The notes under the pieces were generated by a model. It made no database searches. It was given only the letters and a program-made list of their open reading frames with translations, and was not told the DNA's origin. The position numbers and the translations under genes are program-made. This document shows positions 1 to 11,514 of a DNA stretch of 64,000 bases, piece by piece. How positions within the stretch are numbered: the stretch's first letter is position 1; the number at the start of each line of letters is the position of its first letter. Source of the DNA: the human T2T-CHM13v2.0 reference genome, Homo sapiens; the NCBI RefSeq assembly GCF_009914755.1, contig NC_060937.1. One strand, written 5' to 3'.

Positions 1-129
1 ATATCCAGTTACAGTTTCTACCAAAAGGGTGTTTCCAAACTGCTGCATCAAAAGAAAGGTTCAACTCTGTTAGTTGAGGACACACATCACAAAGATGTTT
101 GTGAGAATGCTTCTGTCTAGATTTTGTAT

Positions 130-1999
130 GACGATATTCCCTTTTCCAACGATATTGTTAAAGCAATCTAAATATCAATTTGCAGAATCCACAAAAATAG
201 AGTTTCCAAGCTGCTCTGTAAAAAGAAAGGTTCCACTCTGTTAGCTGAGTACACACATCACAAACTTGTTTCTGAGAATCCTTCTGTGTCGTTTTTATGG
301 GAACATATTTACTTTTTCACCGTAAGCATCAAAGCGCTCCAAATGTCCACATCCAGATACTCCAGAAAGAGTGTTTCAAACCTGCTCTATGAAAGGGAAT
401 CTTCAACTCTATGAGTTGAATGCAGACATCAGAAAGAAATTTCTGAGAATGCTGCTGTCTACCTTTTATTTGAATTCCCGCTTCCAACGAAATCCTCCAA
501 GCTATCCAAATATCCACTTGCATTTTCCACAAAAAGAGTGTATCAAAACTGCTCTATCAACAGAAATGTTCAACTCCTTTAGCTGGGTACACACATCACA
601 AACAAGTTTCTGAGAATGCTTCTGTCTAGTTTTTATGGGAAGACATTCCCTTTTTCACCAAAGGCATCAAAGCGCTCCAAATGTCCACTTCCAGACACTA
701 CAAAAAGAGTGTTTCCAACGTGCTCTAAGAAAGCGAATGTTCAACTCTGTGACTTGAATGCAGATATCACAAAGTAGTTTCTGAGAGGGCTTCTGTCTAG
801 ATTTTAGATGATGATATTCCCGTTTCCAACGAAATCATTAGAGCTATCCAAATATCCACTTACAGTTTCTACAAAAAGAGTATTTCCAAACTGCTGCATC
901 AAAAGAGAGGTTCCACTCTGTTAGCTGAGTACACACATCACAAACTTGTTTCTGAGAATCCTTCTGTCTCGTTTTTATGGGAAGATATTTACTTTTTCAC
1001 CATAGGCATCAAAGCGCTCCAAATGTCCACGTCCAGATACTCCAGAAAGAGTGTTTCAAACCTCCTCTATGAAAGGGAATCTTCAACTCTATGAGTTGAA
1101 TGCAGACATCAGAAAGAAATTTCTGAGAATGCTGCTGTCTACCTTTTATTTGTATTCCCGCTTCCAACGAAATCCTCCAAGCTATCCAAATATCCACTTG
1201 CAGATTCCACAAAAAGAGTGTTTCAAAACTGCCCTCTATCAATGGCAAAGTTCAACTCTGTTAGTTGAGGACACATATCACCAACAAGTTTCTGAGAATG
1301 CTTCTGTCTATTTTTTATGGGAAGATATTTCCTTTTTCACCGTATGCGTCAAGGCGATCGAAATGTCCACTTCCACAAACTACAAAAAGAGTGTTTCAAA
1401 CCTGCTCTATGAAAGGCCATGTTCATCTCTATGAGTTGAATGGAAATATCCGAAAGAAATTTCTGGGAATGCTGCTGTCTAGTTTTTATACGAATTCCCG
1501 CTTCCAACGAAATCCTCAAAGCAATCCAAATATCCACTTGCAGAATCCACAAAAAGAGTGTTTCAAAACTGCTCTATCAATAGAAAGGTTCAACTCTTTT
1601 AGTTGAGTACACACATCACGAACATGTTTCTGAGAATGCTTCTGTCTGGCTTTTATTGGAAGACGTTTCCTTTTCACCAAAGGCATCAAAGCGCTCCAAA
1701 TGTCCACTTCCAGATTCTTCCAAAAGAGTGTTTCAAACGTGCTCAAAGTAAGGGAATGTTCAACTCTGTGACTTGAATGCAGATATCACCAAGTAGTTTC
1801 TAATAGTGCTTCTGTCTAGATTTTAGATGATGATATTCCCGTTTCCAACGAAATCGTTAGAGCTATCCAAATATCCACTTACAGTTTCTACCAAAAGGGT
1901 GTTTCCAAACTGCTGCATCAAAAGAAAGGTTCAACTCTGTTAGTTGAGGACACACATCACAAAGAAGTTTGTGAGAATGCTTCTGTCTAGATTTTGTAT
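130..1999 (-). repeat. HOR unit 1: canonical 11-mer (1870 bp)
   Basis: Anchor-to-anchor distance 1870; five A/B dimers plus one box-less monomer. Confidence 0.92.
476..492 (-). promoter_or_regulatory. CENP-B box (representative; others in unit 1 at 818-834, 1156-1172, 1496-1512, 1837-1853; the pattern repeats about every 340 bp to ~24.4 kb)
   Basis: TCCCGCTTCCAACGAAA is the reverse complement of TTTCGTTGGAAGCGGGA, matching YTTCGTTGGAARCGGGA with all 9 core bases. Confidence 0.97.
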
Positions 2000-4547
2000 G
2001 ACGATATTCCCTTTTCCAACGATATCGTTAAAGCAATCTAAATATCAATTTGCAGAATCCACAAAAATAGAGTTTCAAAGCTGCTCTGTAAAAAGAAAGG
2101 TTCCACTCTGTTAGCTGAGTACACACATCACAAACTTGTTTCTCAGAATCCTTCTGTCTCGTTTTTATGGGAAGATATTTACTTTTTCACCGTAGGCATC
2201 AAAGCGCTGCAAATGTCCACATCCAGATACTCCAGAAAGAGTGTTTCAAACCTGCTCTATGAAAGGGAATCTTCAACTCTATGAGTTGAATGCAGACATC
2301 AGAAAGAAATTTCTGAGAATGCTGCTGTCTACCTTTTATTTGAATTCCCGCTTCCAACGAAATCCTCCAAGCTATCCAAATATCCACTTGCATTTTCCAC
2401 AAAAAGAGTGTTTCATAACTGCTCTGTCAATAGAAATGTTCAACTCCTTTAGCTGGGTACACACATCACAAACAAGTTTCTGAGAATGCTTCTGTCTAGT
2501 TTTTATGGGAAGACATTCCCTTTTTCACCAAAGGCATCAAAGCGCTCCAAATGTCCACTTCCAGACACTACAAAAAGAGTGTTTCAAACGTGCTCTAAGA
2601 AAGCGAATGTTCAACTCTGTGACTTGAATGCAGATATCACAAAGTAGTTTCTGAGAGGGCTTCTGTCTAGATTTTAGATGATGATATTCCCGTTTCCAAC
2701 GAAATCATTAGAGCTATCCAAATATCCACTTACAGTTTCTACAAAAAGAGTGTTTCCAAACTGCTGCATCAAAAGAGATTTCCGCTCTGTTAGCTGAGTA
2801 CACACATCACAAACTTGTTTCTCAGAATCCTTCTGTCTCGTTTTTATGGGAAGATATTTTCTTTTTCACCGTAGGCATCAAAGCGCTCCAAATGTCCACA
2901 TCCAGATACTACAGAAAGAGTATTTCAAACCTGCTCTATGAAAGGGAATGTTCAACTCTATGAGTTGAAAGCAGACATCAGAAAGAAATTTCTGAGAATG
3001 CTGCTGTCTACCTTTTATTTGAATTCCCGCTTCCAACGAAATCCTCCAAGCTATCCAAATATCCACTTGCATTTTCCACAAAAAGAGTGTTTCAAAACTG
3101 CTCTATCAATAGAAATGTTCAACTCCTTTAGCTGGGTACACACATCACAAACATGTTTCTGAGAATGCTTCTGTCTAGTTTTTATGGGAAGACATTCCCT
3201 TTTTCACCAAAGGCATCAAAGCGCTCCAAATGTCCACTTCCAGACACTACAAAAAGAGTGTTTCAAACGTGCTCTAAGAAAGCGAATGTTCAACTCTGTG
3301 ACTTGAATGCAGATATCACAAAGTAGTTTCTGAGAGGGCTTCTGTCTAGATTTTAGATGATGATATTCCCGTTTCCAACGAAATCATTAGAGCTATCCAA
3401 ATATCCACTTACAGTTTCTACAAAAAGAGTGTTTCCAAACTGCTGCATCAAAAGAGAGGTTCCACTTTGTTAGCTGAGTACACACATCACAAACTTGTTT
3501 CTCAGAATCCTTCTGTCTCTTTTTTATGGGAAGATATTTACTTTTTCACCGTAGGCGTCAAAGCGCTCCAAATGTCCACATCCAGATAGTACAGAAAGAG
3601 TGTTTCAAACCTGCTCTATGAAAGGGAATCTTCAACTCTATGAGTTGAATGCAGACATCAGAAAGAAATTTCTGAGAATGCTGCTGTCTACCTTTTATTT
3701 GAATTCCCGCTTCCAACGAAATCCTCCAAGCTATCCAAATATCCACTTGCAGATTCCACAAAAAGAGTGTTTCAAAACTGCTCTCTATCAATGGCAAAGT
3801 TCAACTCTGTTAGTTGAGGACACATATCACCAACAAGTTTCTGAGAATGCTTCTGTCTATTTTTTATGGGAAGATATTTCCTTTTTCACCGTAGGCGTCA
3901 AGGCGATCGAAATGTCCACTTCCACAAACTACAAAAAGAGTGTTTCAAACCTGCTCTATGAAAGGCAATGTTCATCTCTATGAGTTGAATGGAAATATCC
4001 GAAAGAAATTTCTGGGAATGCTGCTGTCTAGTTTTTATACGAATTCCCGCTTCCAACGAAATCCTCAAAGCAATCCAAATATCCACTTGCAGAATCCACA
4101 TAAGAGAGTTTCAAAACTGCTCTATCAATACAAAGGTTCAACTCTTTTAGTTGAGTACACACATCACAAACAAGTTTCTGAGAATGCTTCTGTCTGGCTT
4201 TTATTGGAAGACGTTTCCTTTTCACCAAAGGCATCAAAGCGCTCCAAATGTCCACTTAAAGATTCTTCCAAAAGAGTGTTTGAAACGTGCTCAAAGTAAG
4301 GGAATGTTCAACTCTGTGACTTGAATGCAGATATCACCAAGTAGTTTCTAATAGTGCTTCTGTCTAGATTTTAGATGATGATATTCCCGTTTCCAATGAA
4401 ATCGTTAGAGCTATCCAAATATCCAGTTACAGTTTCTACCAAAAGGGTGTTTCCAAACTGCTGCATCAAAAGAAAGGTTCAACTCTGTTAGTTGAGGACA
4501 CACATCACAAAGATGTTTGTGAGAATGCTTCTGTCTAGATTTTGTAT
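2000..4547 (-). repeat. HOR unit 2: 15-mer (11-mer plus an extra 680-bp 4-mer)
   Basis: 2548 bp; the block CTCCTTTAGCTGGGTAC...GAAATCATTAGAGC occurs twice. Confidence 0.92.
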
Positions 4548-7097
4548 GACGATATTCCCTTTTCCAACGATATCGTTAAAGCAATCTAAATATCAATTTG
4601 CATAATCCACAAAAATAGAGTTTCCAAGCTGCTCTGTAAAAAGAAAGGTTCCACTCTGTTAGCTGAGTACACACATCACAAACTTGTTTCTGAGAATCCT
4701 TCTGTCTCGTTTTTATGGGAACATATTTAGTTTTTCACCGTAGGCATCAAAGCGGTCCAAATGGCCACTTCCAGATACTCCAGAAAGAGTGTTTCAAACC
4801 TGCTCTATGAAAGGGAATCTTCAACTCTATGAGTTGAATGCAGACATCAGAAAGAAATTTCTGAGAATGCTGCTGTCTACCTTTTATTTGAATTCCCGCT
4901 TCCAACGAAATCCTCCAAGCTATCCAAATATCCACTTGCAGTTTCCACAAAAAGAGTGTATCAAAACTGCTCTATCAATAGAAATGTTCAACTCCTTTAG
5001 CTGGGTACACACATCACAAACAAGTTTCTGAGAATGCTTCTGTCTAGTTTTTGTGGGAAGACATTCCCTTTTTCACCAAAGGCATCAAAGCGCTCCAAAT
5101 GTCCACTTCCAGACACTACAAAAAGAGTGTTTCAAACGTGCTCTAAGAAAGCGAATGTTCAACTCTGTGACTTGAATGCAGATATCACCAAGTAGTTTCT
5201 GAGAGGGCTTCTGTCTAGATTTTAGATGATGATATTCCCGTTTCCAACGAAATCATTAGAGCTATCCAAATATCCACTTACAGTTTCTACAAAAAGAGTG
5301 TTTCCAAACTGCTGCATCAAAAGAGAGGTTCCACTCTGTTAGCTGAGTACACACATCACAAACTTGTTTCTCAGAATCCTTCTGTCTCGTTTTTATGGGA
5401 AGATATTTACTTTTTCACCATAGGCATCAAAGCGCTCCAAATGTCCACGTCCAGATACTCCAGAAAGAGTGTTTCAAACCTCCTCTATGAAAGGGAATCT
5501 TCAACTCTATGAGTTGAATGCAGACATCAGAAAGAAATTTCTGAGAATGCTGCTGTCTGCCTTTTATTTGAATTCCCGCTTCCAACGAATTCCTCCAAGC
5601 TATACAAATATCCACTTGCATTTTCCACAAAAAGAGTGTTTCAAAACTGCTCTATCAATAGAAATGTTCAACTCCTTTAGCTGGGTACACACATCACAAA
5701 CAAGTTTCTGAGAATGCTTCTGTCTAGTTTTTATGGGAAGACATTCCCTTTTTCACCAAAGGCATCAAAGTACTCCAAATGTCCACTTCCAGACACTACA
5801 AAAAGAGTGTTTCAAACGTGCTCTAAGAAAGCAAATGTTCAACTCTGTGACTTGAATGCAGATATCACAAAGTAGTTTCTGAGAGGGCTTCTGTCTAGAT
5901 TTTAGATGATGATATTCCCGTTTCCAACGAAATCATTAGAGCTATCCAAATATCCACTTACAGTTTCTACAAAAAGAGTGTTTCCAAACTGCTGCATCAA
6001 AAGAGAGGTTCCACTCTGTTAGCTGAGTACACACATCACAAACTTGTTTCTCAGAATCCTTCTGTCTCTTTTTTATGGGAAGATATTTACTTTTTCACCG
6101 TAGGCATCAAAGCGCTCCAAATGTCCACATCCAGATACTCCAGAAAGAGTGTTTCAAACCTGCTCTATGAAAGGGAATCTTCAACTCTATGAGTTAAATT
6201 CAGACATCAGAAAGAAATTTCTGAGAATGCTGCTGTCTACCTTTTATTTGAATTCCCGCTTCCAACGAAATCCTCCAGGCTATCCAAATATCCACTTGCA
6301 GATTCAACAAAAAGAGTGTTTCAAAACTGCTCTCTATCAATGGCAAAGTTCAACTCTGTTAGTTGAGGACACATATCACCAACAAGTTTCTGAGAATGCT
6401 TCTGTCTATTTTTTATGGGAAGATATTTCCTTTTTCACCGTAGGCGTCAAGGCGATCGAAATGTCCACTTCCACAAACTACAAAAAGAGTGTTTCAAACC
6501 TGCTCTATGAAAGGCAATGTTCATCTCTATGAGTTGAATGGAAATATCCGAAAGAAATTTCTGGGAATGCTGCTGTCTAGTTTTTATACGAATTCCCGCT
6601 TCCAACGAAATCCTCAAAGCAATCCAAATATCCACTTGCAGAATCCACAAAAAGAGTGTTTCAAAACTGCTCTATCAATAGAAAGGTTCAACTCTTTTAG
6701 TTGAGTACACACATCACAAACAAGTTTCTGAGAATGCTTCTGTCTGGCTTTTGTTGGGAGACGTTTCCTTTTCACCAAAGGCATCAAAGCGCTCCAAATG
6801 TCCACTTCCAGATTCTTCCAAAAGAGTGTTTCAAACGTGCTCAAAGTAAGGGAATGTTCAACTCTGTGACTTGAATGCAGATATCACCAAGTAGTTTCTA
6901 ATAGTGCTTCTGTCTAGATTTTAGATGATGATATTCCCGTTTCCAACGAAATCGTTAGAGCTATCCAAATATCCACTTACAGTTTCTACCAAAAGGGTGT
7001 TTCCAAACTGCTGCATCAAAAGAAAGGTTCAACTCTGTTAGTTGAGGACACACATCACAAAGAAGCTTGTGAGAATGCTTCCGTCTAGATTTTGTAT
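4548..7097 (-). repeat. HOR unit 3: 15-mer
   Basis: 2550 bp, duplicated 4-mer. Confidence 0.92.
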
Positions 7098-9644
7098 GAC
7101 CATATTCTCTTTTCCAACGATATCGTTAAAGCAATCTAAATATCAATTTGCAGAATCCACAAAAATAGAGTTTCCAAGCTGCTCTGTAAAAAGAAAGGTT
7201 CCACTCTGTTAGCTGAGTACACACATCACAAACTTGTTTCTGAGAATCCTTCTGTCTCGTTTTTATGGGAAGATATTTACTTTTTCACCGTAGGCATCAA
7301 AGCGCTCCAAATGTCCACATCCAGATACTCCAGAAAGAGTGTTTCAAACCTGCTCTATGAAAGGGAATCTTCAACTCTATGAGTTGAATGCAGACATCAG
7401 AAAGAAATTTCTGAGAATGCTGCTGTCTACCTTTTATTTGAATTCCCGCTTCCAACGAAATCCTCCAAGCTATCCAAATATCCACTTGCATTTTCCACAA
7501 AAAAAGTGTTTCATAACTGCTCTGTCAATAGAAATATTCAACTCCTTTAGCTGGGTACACACATCACAAACAAGTTTCTGAGAATGCTTCTGTCTAGTTT
7601 TTATGGGAAGACATTCCCTTTTTCACCAAAGGCATCAAAGCACTCCAAATGTCCACTTCCAGACACTACAAAAAGAGTGTTTCAAACGTGCTCTAAGAAA
7701 GCGAATGTTCAACTCTGTGACTTGAATGCAGATATCACAAAGTAGTTTCTGAGAGGGCTTCTGTCTAGATTTTAGATGATGATATTCCCGTTTCCAACGA
7801 AATCATTAGAGCTATACAAATATCCACTTACAGTATCTACAAAAAGAGTGTTTCCAAACTGCTGCATCAAAAGAGGTTTCCACTCTGTTAGCTGAGTACA
7901 CACATCACAAACTTGTTTCTCAGAATCCTTCTGTCTCGTTTTTATGGGAAGATATTTACTTTTTCACCATAGGCATCAAAGCGCTCCAAATGTCCACGTC
8001 CAGATACTCCAGAAAGAGTGTTTCAAACCTCCTCTATGAAAGGGAATCTTCAACTCTATGAGTTGAATGCAGACATCAGAAAGAAATTTCTGAGAATGCT
8101 GCTGTCTGCCTTTTATTTGAATTCCCGCTTCCAACGAAATCCTCCAAGCTATCCAAATATCCATTGCATTTTCCACAAAAAGAGTGTTTCAAAACTGCTC
8201 TATCAATAGAAATGTTCAACTCCTTTAGCTGGGTACACACATCACAAAAAAGTTTCTGAGAATGCTTCTGTCTAGTTTTTATGGGAAGACATTCCCTTTT
8301 TCACCAAAGGCATCAAAGCGCTCCAAATGTCCACTTCCAGACACTACAAAAAGAGTGTTTCAAACGTGCTCTAAGAAAGCGAATGTTCAACTCTGTGACT
8401 TGAATGCAGATATCACAAAGTAGTTTCTGAGAGGGCTTGTGTCTAGATTTTAGATGATGATATTCCCGTTTCCAACGAAATCATTAGAGCTATCCAAATA
8501 TCCACTTACAGTTTCTACAAAAAGAGTGTTTCCAAACTGCTGCATCAAAGGAGAGGTTCCACTTTGTTAGCTGAGTACACACATCACAAACTTGTTTCTC
8601 AGAATCCTTCTGTCTCTTTTTTATGGGAAGATATTTACTTTTTCACCGTAGGCATCAAAGCGCTCCAAATGTCCACATCCAGATACTCCAGAAAGAGTGT
8701 TTCAAACCTGCTCTATGAAAGGGAATCTTCAACTCTATGAGTTGAATGCAGACATCAGAAAGAAATTTCTGAGAATGCTGCTGTCTACCTTTTATTTGAA
8801 TTCCCGCTTCCAATGAAATCCTCCAAGCTATCCAAATATCCACTTGCAGATTCCACAAAAAGAGTGTTTCAAAACTGCTCTCTATCAATGGCAAAGTTCA
8901 ACTCTGTTAGTTGAGGACACATATCACCAACAAGTTTCTGAGAATGCTTCTGTCTATTTTTTATGGGAAGATATTTCCTTTTTCACCGTAGGCGTCAAGG
9001 CGATCGAAATGTCCACTTCCACAAACTACAAAAAGAGTGTTTCAAACCTGCTCTATGAAAGGCAATGTTCATCTCTATGAGTTGAATGGAAATATCCGAA
9101 AGAAATTTCTGGGAATGCTGCTGTCTAGTTTTTATACGAATTCCCGCTTCCAACGAAATCCTCAAAGCAATCCAAATATCCACTTGCAGAATCCACATAA
9201 GAGAGTTTCAAAACTGCTCTATCAATACAAAGGTTCAACTCTTTTAGTTGAGTACACACATCACAAACAAGTTTCTGAGAATGCTTCTGTCTGGCTTTTA
9301 TTGGAAGATGTTTCCTTTTCACCAAAGGCATCAAAGCGCTCCAAATTTCCACTTAAAGATTCTTCCAAAAGAGTGTTTGTAACGTGCTCAAAGTAAGGGA
9401 ATGTTCAACTCTGTGACTTGAATGCAGATATCACCAAGTAGTTTCTAATAGTGCTTCTGTCTAGATTTTAGATGATGATATTCCCGTTTCCAATGAAATC
9501 GTTAGAGCTATCCAAATATCCAGTTACAGTTTCTACCAAAAGGGTGTTTCCAAACTGCTGCATCAAAAGAAAGGTTCAACTCTGTTAGTTGAGGACACAC
9601 ATCACAAAGATGTTTGTGAGAATGCTTCTGTCTAGATTTTGTAT
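7098..9644 (-). repeat. HOR unit 4: 15-mer
   Basis: 2547 bp, duplicated 4-mer. Confidence 0.92.
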
Positions 9645-11514
9645 GACGATATTCCCTTTTCCAACGATATCGTTAAAGCAATCTAAATATCAATTTGCAG
9701 AATCCACAAAAATAGAGTTTCCAAGCTGCTCTGTAAAAAGAAAGGTTCCACTCTGTTAGCTGAGTACACACATCACAAACTTGTTTCTGAGAATCCTTCT
9801 GTCTCGTTTTTATGGGAACATATTTAGTTTTTCACCGTAGGCATCAAAGCGGTCCAAATGGCCACTTCCAGATACTCCAGAAAGAGTGTTTCAAACCTGC
9901 TCTATGAAAGGGAATCTTCAACTCTATGAGTTGAATGCAGACATCAGAAAGAAATTTCTGAGAATGCTGCTGTCTACCTTTTATTTGAATTCCCGCTTCC
10001 AACGAAATCCTCCAAGCTATCCAAATATCCACTTGCAGTTTCCACAAAAAGAGTGTTTCAAAACTGCTCTATCAATAGAAATGTTCAACTCCTTTAGCTG
10101 GGTACACACATCACAAACAAGTTTCTGAGAATGCTTCTGTCTAGTTTTTATGGGAAGACATTCCCTTTTTCACCAAAGGCATCAAAGTACTCCAAATGTC
10201 CACTTCCAGACACTACAAAAAGAGTGTTTCAAACGTGCTCTAAGAAAGCAAATGTTCAACTCTGTGACTTGAATGCAGATATCACAAAGTAGTTTCTGAG
10301 AGGGCTTCTGTCTAGATTTTAGATGATGATATTCCCGTTTCCAACGAAATCATTAGAGCTATCCAAATATCCACTTACAGTTTCTACAAAAAGAGTGTTT
10401 CCAAACTGCTGCATCAAAAGAGAGGTTCCACTCTGTTAGCTGAGTACACACATCACAAACTTGTTTCTCAGAATCCTTCTGTCTCGTTTTTATGGGAAGA
10501 TATTTACTTTTTCACCGTAGGTATCAAAGCGCTCCAAATGTCCACGTCCAGATACTCCAGAAAGAGTGTTTCAAACCTCCTCTATGAAAGGGAATCTTCA
10601 ACTCTATGAGTTGAATGCAGACATCAGAAAGAAATTTCTGAGAATGCTGCTGTCTACCTTTTATTTGAATTCCCGCTTCCAACGAAATCCTCCAAGCTAT
10701 CCAAATATCCACTTGCAGATTACACAAAAAGAGTGTTTCAAAACTGCCCTCTATCAATGGCAAAGTTCAACTCTGTTAGTTGAGGACACATATCACCAAC
10801 AAGTTTCTGAGAATGCTTCTGTCTATTTTTTATGGGAAGATATTTCCTTTTTCACCGTAGGCGTCAAGGCGATCGAAATGTCCACTTCCACAAACTACAA
10901 AAAGAGTGTTTCAAACCTGCTCTATGAAAGGCCATGTTCATCTCTATGAGTTGAATGGAAATATCCGAAAGAAATTTCTGGGAATGCTGCTGTCTAGTTT
11001 TTATACGAATTCCCGCTTCCAACGAAATCCTCAAAGCAATCCAAATATCCACTTGCAGAATCCACAAAAAGAGTGTTTCAAAACTGCTCTATCAATAGAA
11101 AGGTTCAACTCTTTTAGTTGAGTACACACATCACGAACAAGTTTCTGAGAATGCTTCTGTCTGGCTTTTATTGGAAGACGTTTCCTTTTCACCAAAGGCA
11201 TCAAAGCGCTCCAAATGTCCACTTCCAGATTCTTCCAAAAGAGTGTTTCAAACGTGCTCAAAGTAAGGGAATGTTCAACTCTGTGACTTGAATGCAGATA
11301 TCACCAAGTAGTTTCTAATAGTGCTTCTGTCTAGATTTTAGATGATGATATTCCCGTTTCCAACGAAATCGTTAGAGCTATCCAAATATCCACTTACAGT
11401 TTCTACCAAAAGGGTGTTTCCAAACTGCTGCATCAAAAGAAAGGTTCAACTCTGTTAGTTGAGGACACACATCACAAAGAAGTTTGTGAGAATGCTTCTG
11501 TCTAGATTTTGTAT
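9645..11514 (-). repeat. HOR unit 5: 11-mer
   Basis: 1870 bp, single 4-mer. Confidence 0.92.
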
